A stretch of DNA of 64,000 bases, from positions 32,001 to 96,000 of IMG/VR virus record IMGVR_UViG_3300033066_001289, one strand, 5' to 3'. This DNA comes from a virus. Taxonomy: Duplodnaviria > Caudoviricetes. The stretch's first letter is position 1; each line of letters starts with the position of its first letter. Of the stretch, positions 32,075 to 46,100 are shown one piece after another. A program made the position numbers and the translations under genes. Under the pieces are notes generated by a model. The model was not told where the DNA came from. It made no database searches and saw only the letters and a list, made by a program, of their open reading frames with translations.

Positions 32075-35000
32075 TTATCTGGTCTCTACATTTATAACTA
32101 TATTATTTGATACAAAGTTTTGATTCTTTTGTGCCACTATTGTATTTAATGTGCCTTGTTCTCCATTTTTATTAAAATATAATACTCTAACTCTATCTAT
32201 TCCAGAAATACCACTAGCTGCATTTGTAATTGTCACTAAATCTATTGTTGATCCAAGTTTATTTGTATTCATTATAGAAATTAATGTATCTCTTAAATTC
32301 TGTAATATAGTAGCTTTACTATTTATATTTTCTTGTTTAATTACTATATTCATTGTTAAATCCAACAATATACTTTCAGAAGCTTTAGCTAATACATCCG
32401 CATTAATTGGTCTGTTTTCTTCTATGCTAAATGTTACATCTCCAATTAATTTATTATAATTATACTTAATTGATATTCTTTCATTTTGTTTTGGCGCCTT
32501 GTAATCATAAATTGCCCTATATCTAGCACCTAAACTTGGTTGAGTAAATGAATTAACTAATACTGTAGTTGATTGACTTGCTTTAAATCCACTAGATACA
32601 TATATCTTATTTATAAAAGTATATAATTTATTTGTATATAAAATTGCACTTCTTGTAAAATATAGATTTTCTATATTGTTTTCTGTAATATAATAAAATG
32701 TTATTCTTAATTTATCACCTATACTTGGTAAAAATTGATTATCAGTATCGTCTGTTGTATTAATAATACTACTTGGTAATACAAAATCAGTATTGCTAAT
32801 TTCAGAATTATAAATTGTATCTGCTGGATAATATAGGTTATTTTTTAATTCTAAATTACCTAAATCATACTCTACGATAGTAGATAATACTTCATCACTA
32901 CCATCTGTAGTTGTAGTTACTTTTTCTAATTTGGCTATTTTTACTAATTTAACATTTGGTAATGCTTGAGCGCTTGTTAAATTTAATACTTTTCTTAATG
33001 CTTCTGATACATTCTGCTTTAACCCATTATTTGTAGCGGTAAAAATAATATCAGTACCTTTATCTATAGTTGTTCCTAATATACTAATAGTTCCAGGATT
33101 TATTGTTTGATCTGAAGTTGTTACTATTAATTTTGTAAATGCCTCTCTTAATGGAGAATAATTAAATGTTAATACATTTACATATCCATCTTCTGTTAGG
33201 TTTACATTTGCTGGAATTATTAGTTTATTTTGATCCAAGTCTATTGTACAGCTACTAGTCCAATAATCTATCCCATCACTTAATTGATAAATAGAAACTT
33301 GATTTAAATCAAGATTATTATAAATATATCCTATTGTTAATGTATTATTTAATGAATCATATTCTATAATATCAAAAGTTCCAGTATTATAAATATTTGT
33401 TGGATTTGTTATTTTAATTTTTTTATTTAAAATATCTGGCATTAATTGAAAATCATATGCACTTTCAAATATTGCCGTTAATCCATTTTCAGTTATAATT
33501 CCATCTGTTAAAGAAAGATATATATTATCTGAATATCCATCTACTATATCAAATGTCAACCCAGATTCATTTGTAAATTTACCTAAATCTACAAAAAATA
33601 CATCATCTATTGAATCATAATTTAAATTTTGTATATTACTATTTAAAACAGTATTGCTATAACTAAATGGCTGGAATCTTCTTATATCAGAAGCCTGATA
33701 AACTATAAATACTCTATCTCCAATTGCTGGAGTATTGAAATTATTTAAAATTATTTGATATGCAAATGTTGTTGGATTAAATGTTACTGATCCTATATTG
33801 TCAGAATTCCATAATAATTTACCATCTGCTAATCTACTTATATTTACTATGCCTGATTCAACCAAATCATAATCAGTATTTAATATACTTAATTCTATAT
33901 AGTATTGATTACTTCCATTTTTTTGTACTACTTGATGTTCTTTTTTATAAGTATTTATTATTGTATTTCCAGTAAATCCGATTTGAATTATTAACAAAGC
34001 CGATTTCCTGATCTACTAAATGGTAATAATGGTGTAGATGAAGATAATGTTTCTTGTACATTTGCTATGTAACTAACTAAACAATAAATATTATCATCTA
34101 ATACTTCTACATTATCACTTGGAATTGTTATATCATTTCCATTTACTGTTCCAATATTTGTATCTACATTAAAAATATCTGCTGAATCTAATATAATTTC
34201 TGCAAAATCTTCATTTATAGCTACAGTATCACTTGGTAATACTATCATCAAATTATAATAAATTTCTATTCCTACTACTACTGGAGTTATTACAAATACT
34301 CCGATTATTATCAGCAGTATTATATAGCTCTATATTTGTATTCTTTAATTTAACCGAATCCAAAGATTCTGGAGCTGTTCTTAAATTATTAAGATTAATT
34401 ATATATCTATTTGAATATAATCCAGTTGTTTGTAATAATATCTGACTAGTAAAAGATTTATAAAGATTTGCTGTTATAACAGTACTAACTGGATGACTAG
34501 CCGTTCCTAAATAAAATGTATTTGATGCATCTAATGTAAATTGAATTTTTTCATTAGTTATTTGATTAGCATAGCCCCAATCTACTGAATCTGTTACTGT
34601 TCTTAAATTGTTAGTATTTTTCAAACCATCATAATCTGAATATTGATCATAAGAAACTACCCAATTATAATCTACTTGTAATATATCACTTGGTGTTGGT
34701 AATGTATTTCCTGATATCTGAATTCTTCCACTTAGATTTGTAGTGGTATTACCATCAATATTTTGATTTTTTACAACATATCTTTCTCCTGTATTAACAT
34801 TAAATACTCTAGTTACTGCTGTAGCTGGATAATGTAATAATTGAATAATTGATCTGTCTGAATTATTTACAGTTGAATTTTCATTTAATATCTGTACGTT
34901 TTGTTGTATTTTAGAAATTTCAGTTACATCTGTAAATGATAATGTATCCTGTCCATTTAATTGACCCTTTAATCTATCTTCTTGAAAATCTGATACCCTA

Positions 35001-36172
35001 TCTGATATCCATGTAAATTTATCAAATCCCCATGGGCTTCCTGCATAAACTCCATCATCCTTTAATAATTGATAATTTCCAAATATTCTACCATATTGAT
35101 CTACTGTTTTTTCAATAAAATTACTTCCTGATGATGATCCAGTTACTTGTAAAATATCATTAACTGGCTGCTCTGGTAATACGCCATTCTTAATATCATC
35201 TACTCTTTTTCTATTTATAGTTTTATTAGCATCTGCTGCAATTTGTCCTAATATTATATCATTTTTAGAACTAGTAGGATCATCTACATTACTCTTATCT
35301 TGATAAATATAAGAATCAGTATTTTCAACTAAGTTATTACCTAAAACAATAACATCTACTTTACCACCAGTTCCCTCTGAAATAACTGTAATATTTCCAG
35401 AGGCATCAGTACTAGTAATTGTTCCATCTCTAGTCATTAATGGATCTCCAGGCTGTATAACCTGTGCATCCAATACTCCTGTAGTACCTAAGGCAGTATT
35501 TAAATATCCTAATGCTGTACCAATACTAGAACCAGTAAATACTGATAAAACTCTATTTCTATATGCCGCATCCGTTTCTTGATCTGTTCCACCAGTAAAT
35601 TGTAAAGGATTAAAAACATTAGAAATTCCAGTAATTGTTGTTCTACTTAAAGAATATTTACCTATATTTCCAGCTAATCCTGTTGTACTGGCTATTACTG
35701 TAACCTCGACTGCATATTCATCTGTAATTCCAAGAATACTTAAATCATTAGCATATTTATTTGCTATTGATCTATAATAATTGGCTGAATTTGAAGATAT
35801 TGTTGAGCCAGTATTTAATTGATAACTAAAACCATTGGTTGCAATAACTAAATCTGATTGACTTAATTGTAATGGTGCTAAAATATCTTTAAATGTTAAT
35901 ACTGCTATACCTGTAGCTGCTGTTGGAACTTTTCTTGTCATTCCAAAGTTTTTTGATAAATTATCTAAGTCTGCTCCTACTACTAATCTAAATGAATTTG
36001 TACTAGAAACACTTGCAATTTGATCATATAATAAGGATAATTGAGTAGCAGGCGGTTCTATTAATAAATCTCTTATCATAGAACCAACTTTAGTATCTGC
36101 ATCTGGCTGTACTAATTTAATATAGTCGATTAAACTACTTATAATTTCATTTGTGTTTCTTATTACAACCAT
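32075..36172 (-). CDS. Baseplate J / gp6-like wedge protein (about 1364 aa; three CGG +1 sites: 34300, 33999, 33977)
   Basis: GADLDNLSKNFGMTRK, G.AGNI, GGTDQETDAAYRNRV, GKVDVIV; three track ORFs fuse into one frame. Confidence 0.85.
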
Positions 36173-36205
36173 AGCCTATCCATTCTAATTATATATAACA
36201 ATAAT

Positions 36206-36218
36206 ATGCTTAATTATT
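36206..36218 (-). promoter_or_regulatory. Putative phage promoter motif AATAWWTWRRYAT
   Basis: AATAATTAAGCAT upstream of baseplate J. Confidence 0.45.
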
Positions 36219-36227
36219 AATGTTTTC

Positions 36228-36660
36228 TTAAATTGTAGATACAGTAAATCTAGTCGTAATTGGCTTCATTCCCTTGGTTAAAACCTTTATTAACACATTG
36301 AATAATCTTGGATCTGCTTCATTTCTATTTACAGATATCTCACTTATAGCAGCTAATTGTTCGTCTGCACTCATTCTTTGCTGCGATTTTACCTGCATAT
36401 CTTGTAGTTTTTTTAAAGTCTCTAATGCTGTTTGTAATTGCATTTGACTTATATTTACAGTCTCATCATTGTTTAATGCTGATCCTACTGCAAATTTTGA
36501 TAAAAATGATCCATACCATGGATTTAATACGTTTGAGCCAACATCTGTTAAACAAATTTTTAAAATATCTTGAATTAATTTTTCACTATCTGTTACTTGT
36601 TGAATATCTCCGATTCCTAAAATCGAAGTCACCATTTATTATTCTTAAATCAAAAGACAT
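36228..36660 (-). CDS. gp25/GPW-like baseplate wedge protein (one CGG +1 site, 36609-36612)
   Basis: MSFDLRIINGDFDFRNG|DIQQV..EKLIQDILKICLTDVGSNVLNPWYGS; directly upstream of baseplate J. Confidence 0.8.
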
Positions 36661-36670
36661 ACTTTAATAT

Positions 36671-38284
36671 TTAGTAATTCCCATTATTCTTTTGTACATC
36701 ATCATAAACTTTATCAATAATGTCGTAAAATCCTCTAACTGTTTTGGTAAACTCTGTTAAAGTCTCAACTATCCCAGGCTGACTATCAGATGTCTTAATT
36801 GCAGGATTCTTATTCATTCTTTCATAAGCTCTAGAATCTATAAATCCTAATAAATATTTCTTTTCTACTATATATAATGATCCCATTATTGCTATAATAT
36901 CTATTAATCCTAATCCACTAAATTCTCCAGTTATTATTTCAATTTGTCTTAACGCATCATTTGCTATATCTAATTCTTTAGCTCTTTTATCTTTCAATTT
37001 ATCAAAAGTATCTTTTAAAGTATTTCCCATAGCATCTGAATTATCAGAATTAAATGTAGTCGTAAATGGTGGTAATGCAAACCCACCCTTATCTGGCTCT
37101 TTTGAAATGTCATGTGCTGGCATATTTAATGAATCTATTATAGATCTAACTTGAAAATTAAATAATGTAGTATCTGCTTTAGTCCTTAAATTATTAGGAT
37201 CTTTTATAAATAATCCCTGAGTCTTACATCCACCCTCTGGTCCTGTTACTGAAATTTCTGGTACATAATAATACTCAGATTGAATTTTACTCACTTTAAA
37301 TTGTAAATTAACTAATTCAGATGTTAATGCTATTAACATATCTAAAAACTTTAAAAACTGTAATTGTTCTGTAAATTTATAAATATCTCCAGAAAATACC
37401 TGCTTTAATAAAGTTTCATCTTTAATAGAATCTAATTGCTTAACTCTATCTATTAATTCTTTATCAGAATCTCCTAATTTATCTATTTGATTCTCTTTAT
37501 TAAATCTTTCTAAAATAACTTTCTCAATCAATGGTCTTTGTAATGTAACTCCCTGAGTTAATTTTAATTGAGAAGCATCATCAACAAATGGTACTGCTAT
37601 CCTATTAACTCCAGGGGTAGTTAAATCTATTCTTCCATCTACTATAAATGGCATTAATATATGAAACCTTTTAAAACTAATCTTACTAGTATCTACATTG
37701 GTCCCACTGGCATTGGTATATTCAGTATAATCAATATCTCCCTTTAAATCTATATTATATCCCTGAAAATTATAATCCATATTTAATGGATCCTCTATAT
37801 CTTGTATAGTTATATTTAATCTTCTCGAATTACAAGTACTAGATAGTGCTAATACACTAGATTCTATATTTTGTTTAGAAAATATAGGTAATATTTCTTC
37901 TGATAAATATGTTTCTCTTCTTTGAGATAATGTCTTAAATCCTACTACAGGATTATTGGTTATTTTAATTTTATTATTTACTTGATCTTTAACGTCTCCA
38001 GAAATAACAATATCATGCCCAGGACTATAGATTTCAAAATCATTACTAACTACTGGAAATCCTATAATTCTATAAAAAGCATGACATCTACTTTCCTGTG
38101 GTTCTGATTCTATTTTTAGTTTAGCAGATACTTGAGCTAAGTTATTCTCTACAAACTTATTTACAGACTGTAAATTCTGTGGATTAAAAATATTAACATG
38201 ACTTCTGTTCTTCTCTATACCAAGTATATAATCTTGATATAGTTTATTAATATCAGCTATGAATTTCTGAGAGTTCTTAGCCAT
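36671..38284 (-). CDS. Hypothetical virion-module protein
   Basis: 537-aa ORF inside the baseplate operon. Confidence 0.7.
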   Translation of the reverse strand: MAKNSQKFIADINKLYQDYILGIEKNRSHVNIFNPQNLQSVNKFVENNLAQVSAKLKIESEPQESRCHAFYRIIGFPVVSNDFEIYSPGHDIVISGDVKDQVNNKIKITNNPVVGFKTLSQRRETYLSEEILPIFSKQNIESSVLALSSTCNSRRLNITIQDIEDPLNMDYNFQGYNIDLKGDIDYTEYTNASGTNVDTSKISFKRFHILMPFIVDGRIDLTTPGVNRIAVPFVDDASQLKLTQGVTLQRPLIEKVILERFNKENQIDKLGDSDKELIDRVKQLDSIKDETLLKQVFSGDIYKFTEQLQFLKFLDMLIALTSELVNLQFKVSKIQSEYYYVPEISVTGPEGGCKTQGLFIKDPNNLRTKADTTLFNFQVRSIIDSLNMPAHDISKEPDKGGFALPPFTTTFNSDNSDAMGNTLKDTFDKLKDKRAKELDIANDALRQIEIITGEFSGLGLIDIIAIMGSLYIVEKKYLLGFIDSRAYERMNKNPAIKTSDSQPGIVETLTEFTKTVRGFYDIIDKVYDDVQKNNGNY

Positions 38285-40421
38285 TATCAGTTCCTATATC
38301 TCCCAAGTCTCTTCTTGGAGCAATTCCTTCTGATGCATCACCGATTGCATGTGGTGTTGTTCCTATACCTGATGGTGCATAAATGAATTCATAAGCTGCT
38401 GACTGTAATGTAACAGAACTTGGCTCATCTAAATTATCTGGAGTAGTTAATATGCTAAACATTACATTATTATAATCCATAGTCAATTCTCCCTTACCAG
38501 GTATATCTGATGTAATATTGGCAGTAAAATATCTGCTTCCATCATATTTAAATTGATCTATATTTCCAAAAGTTATATGTGAATGTAATTTTGTTAATAT
38601 ATCATTTGCTATTTCTTCTGGTAAATCTTGCGCTATAGATTGTCCATTTTTTTCTTGCAAATCTACCTTAACAACAATTGGTTTTGTAGTAAATTGTTGG
38701 CTTGGTGTAACTGTAAAATTACTCTTATATTGATCAAAACCTATATCCATTAATGTTTTTAATGCATTATTCGTATCATCTTCTAATTTAGTAAAACATG
38801 CTATACAAGCTGTCTGAAATTCTGCTACACCCTCTTCTGTCATATTATTTATTAATATGTTTATGTTTGTAGCTAAACATGCTTGTGTTGCTGCTGGATC
38901 AGGATATACTAAATTATTTAATAATGCTGCTTTTTCAGCAATATCAGAAAATAAAGCTGCAGAAATTAAGTTTTTATCTATACTTAAATCAGGATCACAA
39001 CCAGCTGTAATCAAATCCTTACTCATTAATACTTCTAAATTTGGCTTAAATGTATACTTAACATTCTCAATCAAAATCGTATCTGTTGCTAATAAAGTAT
39101 TTCCTATTCTAGCTGGTACAAATATAAAGTTCTCCAAAGTTGCATTAACTGTATCTGGTGTTACTCCATCTGCTTGAAATCCCTTTAATGCAGCTCCATC
39201 TAATTTAGTTCCTATACCACCACCTAATATTGCAACCCCATTAAGAAATGCTGTTGCTGCATTTTTATAGTCATATAAGCTTCCATTAGGAACACTGGTC
39301 ATAATACAATCAGTAAATTTAACGGTTTCAATCTGACCAATTCTACCAAATTTACTTGGATCATATGTAAATTCCATATCAATTGTATATGGTGCTTGTT
39401 TAATTGGTGTTGTTGCTGTATATGTAGAATCTGTTGGATAAAATACTGGCTTACCAACAATTGGAGCTGCTGGAACATCATAAGCATTATATATATTTGA
39501 AAATGCTTGATTTATTTTTTGATCTTTATCATATAATTGATAGCTTTGCGCTCTATTAGTTACAAGAATCTTATTGCTTCCATTTACTGGAATTGGTAAT
39601 GTAATTCCAGAATCTACTTGAACTAATCCTAAGTATTGTAAATTGCCAGTAGTACGAATATACTGGTCTTTAACTATAGCTGGACAAACTTCTGGATCAC
39701 AACAACCATCTGGATCTGAATCTTGACATGGTGGTGCAAACGGTACTAGCATATCTTTAATGATTTGTATTACTATTGCAAATATAGCTAATAATACAAA
39801 GAAATTTTGAAAGATACAAAGTAAGTGTGCTAGTTTTTTAGCAATTGCATTAATAGATTCTGCGTCTGCTGTTGTAAAGGCATTATTTAATGCCTTTAAA
39901 TTTCTTAAAATGGCTTTGATTAATTTTAATAATTGATCAATTAAGTATTTAATTAGTTTTAATAAAAGCATTAATAGTGATATTAGCATTATTATTAGTG
40001 CTAGTATTGGAAACATGTTTAGAAAAGCGGGTAAACACTTTCTAAATAATCTTTTAAGTTTTTTCTTTACTTTAATTGGATTTTTTAAAGCACACAAAAC
40101 TTCTATAATACAGAGAATTATCTCTATAAGTGGAAGGATAAATTTGAATAACATTAAGAATGGCAATGCTTTTTCAAGCATTGATATTATTGAGTCAAAT
40201 ATATCCTTTCCAAAGTTAGGCGACAAGCTAGGTTTAAGTATACCTGCTGGAATAAGCATCTGCAATTTATTAAATAGATCTAATAAATCCTCTGGGAAGC
40301 CTCCGAGGAAGTCCGTATTTCAGGAAGCTTAAAACTAAAGAGCGGACCAAATCCTGGTATACTTGGACCTGAAGGTCCGGTCAGGTATATCAAGATCTAT
40401 TTCATTAACATCACAGGGCAT
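38277..40421 (-). CDS. Hypothetical virion-module protein with hydrophobic helices (three CGG +1 sites: 40376, 40312, 40302)
   Basis: MPCDVNEIDLDIPDG|PSGPSIPGFG...EIG|LPG|GFPEDLLDL joins the 662-aa ORF. Confidence 0.72.
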
Positions 40422-40435
40422 TATATTCTCTTTTA

Positions 40436-41170
40436 TTATATAACATTATTATCTTTAATTTTGTGTCTAACTTTATTAACGCCATCTAATAGGTTTTGTT
40501 TAGCTGATAATGGTCTTAAATTACTTAATGCCCAACATCTTTTAAAATTTTCATCTTCCATAGAAGTAAATGGTAATATAGAGCATGGAATTATATGATC
40601 AATTTGCCATTTCCAAGTAGATTGATCATCATCTTTCCAATCTTTTATTAAATATTGTCCATGATTATTCCAATTCATCCAAGGTTCAAATAAGCTTTCA
40701 AGATGTTCTTTTAATTGTTGTGGAGTATAATTTAAATATTTTAAACAAGAATTATCTTTTTTATTTATTGCATTTCTTATTCTAGTAGAAATATAATCTC
40801 TTAATTTAAAAATTGGATCATTTTTTCTTTTATTTTTATTATATTTTACTTGTCTAGTTAAAATTTTTTCTCTATTTTCTTTATTATATATTTTTTGTTT
40901 ATCTACATTTCTTCTTTGATATGCTAATATTTTTTCTTTATTATTATTTCTATATTCTGCTGCTTTTTGTTTAATATGTTCTTTGTTTTTTAAATAATAA
41001 TTCTTGCATTTATTTTTATATTTGGTTTTATTTTTATTTACACGTTTCATTTGTTTTAGATTAAAACACTTCTTACATTCTGCACGTGGTTTGCCCGTTT
41101 CTTTTCTTATATAAAACGCATCAATTGGATGTTCCTCTTTACATCCTTTACAATAACGCACTTCTATCAT
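40436..41170 (-). mobile_element. Free-standing HNH endonuclease
   Basis: CKGC...CKKC zinc finger; MNWNNHG...WQIDHIIP...CWALSNLRPLSAKQN. Confidence 0.85.
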
Positions 41171-43148
41171 ATTGAGCCACCAAACTCCTTTAAAGCCTCA
41201 CGTCCCTGAATTATTAATGTTTCAGCCTCTAATATCATATTGGAATCAGATTTTAATACCATAGTTCCATTAGAATGTATTTTACATTTTCCAGGTGTTA
41301 AAATACTTAATCCCTGCTCATCAACCCTAATCATAGTAGCTTCAAAGCCTGGTCTCAAAATTCTTATATCCAATACTCCACCCCTAAATCCATTATCCTC
41401 AGAACCAAATCTACTATCTGTAGAAATTCCATATCCTCCAACTTGTATAAAACAATCTCCATCCATCCCCATAATCATCGATCTACCTAGCTTGTCCCTT
41501 CCCACATTGGCTACAATGGCTCCAGCTGTATCTAACCATAAAGACTGCCTATCTACAGTATTAGCCCCTACATTAAGCTCTAATGAACCATCAAAATTAA
41601 TCTGACCACTTCTTCCTCCTGCATTAGCCTTATCTCCATCTATATAAATAGTTGTAGATACTACATTCTCTAATAATGTAATCGTACTCAAATCTATTGT
41701 TTCATCATTTTGATAATTAATAAAATCAGTACTTTGTTGAGTAATACATGTAGCAGTAATATCATGATAAGCAGTTCCATGCTTCATGTTTACTTTAGTT
41801 AATCTATCTATAGGAGTAGCTATTGTATCTCCTGATTTAATGGTTATAACTCCTTTTGTACCATCATAACCAGCATCTTTAATAAAAGGAGTTGCAGCAA
41901 ATGAATCATGAAAGATATCTAAATTGTCTTCTCTATATATTAATTTGTTTGGATTTTTATTATCTTCTTCTCCAAATGTAGAATAGTTTTCATATCTAGA
42001 TAATAAAGAAATATTTCCCTTTTCTGAGCTGGCAGGAACATTTACTTTAAATTGTCCTTCTTTATCTATATCTATAAAAAATCTAGATCTGTTTCTAGCA
42101 TAATCATCATTTGAGTTAATATCAGGAAGAACTACTGTATTATTTGTATTTACTTCTTTTCTAGCATTTATTTCAAAATGATATGCTATAGACTTTCTTT
42201 CTAATTCTTTTATCTTAAGAAAGTTCTTTAATTTATCTTCAGACTTATCTGTTCTTAAAGTTGCATTATCTTTACCAACTGGAATAGGATATCTATTTAA
42301 ATCTAAAATATTTCCAAAGATATCAATTACAGTACCTTTTACAGTTTCCATAAGATAATTTGGCTCTACTAAAGATAAGCTTAAAGTATCTGCTCTTGAA
42401 TTTCTTCTATTTGGATATTGATAATTTAACTTTTCTTGTTTAGAAGCTCCATATATAGTAGCTTCAAAATAATCATTAGTTACTTTAGAATCTTGAGAAA
42501 ATTCATAAACCATTTCTCTTGATTCAATAAAGGCTGGGTTTTTATTAGAACCTTTAGTAATAGAATTTGCTGTTGAAGTAGGATCTAAGCCTATAGTAAT
42601 GAAAAAATCATTATAATCATCATCTAATAATTTAGAGTCTTGATCAAATGTATCATTATATTTAGTATCTCTTTTAACTACTGCTGTTGAAGATCTAGTG
42701 CCTTGGGTAAAATTGTATTTATTATTAAAATATGATTTATAAAGATCTGAATCTGGATTAATATGAATATGATGCTTATCAGAACCTATAATTAAATTAT
42801 TATTAGTATCTAAAGTTAATTTAGTATCATTTGTTGATTGAATTAATAATTGATTATCAATTAAACTAGGAAGCAAATTAGGATTATCTGATTTAAATCC
42901 AACGAAATAATATTGATTTCCGACTGCCTTGAGCAACTATAATAGGAGTACCGAGGAAAAGGTTTAGCTCCTACAAACAAACCATTATTAGAATATAAGG
43001 CATGAGGAAAGTTAATATCTATTGATTTAGGCTGAATTTTAACATTACTAGAAGTTAAAGTAGCTTTAATAGTACCACGACTTGAATCATAGGCAGTAAT
43101 AGTAGCCTCTTTTAATAGTCCAACTGGCTCATCAAATACACTTATCAT
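41167..43148 (-). CDS. Baseplate central spike (gpV/gp5-like; two CGG +1 sites: 42950, 42919)
   Basis: N-terminal OB-fold-like ATITAYD...PFPG|TPIIVAQGSG|NQYY; C-terminal short beta repeats; downstream of the hub gene. Confidence 0.65.
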
Positions 43149-46100
43149 TGTTTACTTACCTTTATATAACAATCTAATACTGTTTCAAATAAAGCCTTTT
43201 TTAACTTATTCTGATATTGATTTGGAGATTGTTGATTATTAGTTTCTTTAATATCTCCGTGAAGCTGTAACTGCTCCTGATCCTATTTTTTCTCTAGCCA
43301 AATCCCAAGCCTTCTGAGAAGGGGATAATTCTGAATCATTTAAATTAATTTCGACTATAGAAATATGATCCTTATCAATTAATGGAGCTGATAAGGTATC
43401 TCCGATTATATAGACCGATTAATAGCTGAATCTCTCAAATCACTAGCAAAAGCATAAAGTAATGGATCAGAGGCTCCATCATTTGAATAAATTCTTAATT
43501 CAAGTTCTACTTTAACATTAGAATCTCCTGAATTTTGATTTATCATATAAGAAGCAGTATACATTGAATTCTTAAACATTTGTACGTTATACTTCTGCAA
43601 TGGAGTTAATTGAGCTTGATAGCTATTATTAATAGGAACGAAGCCTGTATTATTTACATCTAATTGGAAACAGCCTAGGTTAGTTTGATTATTAGAATCA
43701 TGTTGTCTATAATTAACTAAATCAGTATTAGTTTTATTATTATAGATTGCTTTACCCATTAAATCTAAGAAGCTTGGAATATATTCTCCTGGAGTATGTC
43801 CGATAACTTAAATCTAGTGTAGTTGTAAATTGTCCGCCATAAGTAAAGTTATGTGAAACTCTTTCTACATAATATAATAGACCAAAAGATTCTATAAATA
43901 TAACTTCTCCTGGTTGCATGAATTCATTTCCTGCAATAACCAAATTACCTCTTAATATATTCTTTCTTGCTATACTAAGTAACATAGCTGCATAAGGAGC
44001 TAATTGAGTATCAGGATTAGTTAAGCCTGGCATTGATAATGAATGAGGAGTTAATAAACCATAATTTCTCCATAAATCATAATCTACTGCTACTGCAGAT
44101 GTCATTTGATTGCCACCACCTTGACCATCTACTTTAGCTAGATTTAATCCAGTTGGACCATCAGCAACTAATAGATCTAGTCTTCCGATTGACTTGAACA
44201 GTAGTATATTGTGGTTTTGTTTCTGTAGAAGTAAAGCTAATTATTTGACTATCTTTAATAACAAAGCGTTTACCACTATCTAAACCATAGTCATCAAATG
44301 TTTCATCTTCTATCATTGATGCAAATATTTCTGGTACATTTGCATTTTGTGGGGAAGCATTTAATAGAATTGCATTAGATGTATTAGCTGCATCTTTTGT
44401 ATCTAGAGATTTTAATTCAGAGGCATTTTTAATACCATTATAGAATAGTTTAATTGCTCTATCTCTTTCTGATAATTTACCAGCAATATCATTTGTAACT
44501 TTAATAATATCTATATCTAAGCCGTCTCCAACTATGATAGATCCTGTTCCTACTATTTTATCTACTTTATAAAAGTCTGGAAGTATTTTTTGTCCAGTTT
44601 TTCTTTCTAATCTAGTTTTAATAGCATTAACTTTATCTTGTTCAAAGATTGAAGAAATATTTTCAAATTGAGATCTTTTATCTGGATTAGTAAACTCTAA
44701 TATTCTATCAAATCTAGCAGTAAGATCGAATAATAATTTAGTAGATGTATTTTGTGTTTTTAATGCATTTAAAGTTTCATCAATATCCTCATTATCTGGA
44801 TTAACTGCTAACTTAATTAACTGATCTATTTTAACAATATCTCCAGTTGTTTCACTAGAAATAAATGAAAATATAGAATTATAATTATCAATGCTAATTA
44901 AAAATAATGTTGCATCATAATCATTCTTATATCCTAATACTGCACAATCTAATCTAATTTGATCTTCTAATACTTCTACTCTTTCTTTTAAAGTATTTAA
45001 TTGATCTGTTAAAAATGAATTTAAAAACTCAGGAAATACCTGTACTCCAGTTGTTTTTTTAAGTTGCATCATTCTAGCAAATACAGAACTTGGCATTTTA
45101 TTATATTGTGGTGCCCTTACTCTAATATGTCCTTGAGTATCTGCATAAACTTCTAAGTTTAATAAAGATTTGGCTTGTTCTAAATTTTGTGTTATAGAAC
45201 AATAATCATTTTCAAATATAGTCATACCAGCTGTAAATGATTTTTCAAATGCAGCTATATCATAATCCTTATCATAAGAATCATCTACTATAAATAGATT
45301 TTTATCTTCATTAGCTCTAACCTGCCATGACATTCTTCTTGTAAGATAATTTAATTTCTTTCTTAGTTTTTTTCTTATATTATCATTTGATTTAGATTTG
45401 CTTGACTCTCCATCATTTAAAAATGTATCTTCATCAAATTCTATAGAGTCACCAACTATATTAAATGGCGCTGACTTTGGATCATTTCTTAATTCAATTT
45501 GTAACTGATTTGCTGATTTAAGTTTTTCATTTAAATAAATATCCTGTTGTGAATATACTACAGGATCATATCCTGGTTGTCCATTTAATAAATATTGTTT
45601 ATTCTTTAAATCTACAATTTCTGGAATTAAATCTTGTAATGCTTTATTTTTATCTATTATTCTTTTCTGAGCACCAATATATTCTGCATACTGATGTTCA
45701 TCAATACTAAGATATTTGAAAGGAATAAAATTCCCCCACATTACATTTCTTTTATCTAGTTGTTCTCTTAATCTACTAAAATAAGTATGTGCAGGATTTT
45801 GTCCACTTTGTGCATCTGTAACTGAATTATTTAATTCTAATGTAGATTTATAATAAGTAACAAAGTTATAAGGCTGTCCAGTAATTAATAATGATATGAC
45901 ATTCATTATATCTTGTCCAGCAAATGGTCTATCCCATATATTTGGAATTCCAGTATACATAGGATCATTTTGAAGTAAAGAAGTGGTTGTTTGAGTAAAT
46001 ACTCCTATTCCTTGTTTCCATTTATATACTAATCCATCTGGAGCATATAAAGCTTTTGTAGATCTTCCAGTAATAGGATCTACAATAACATCATGAATAA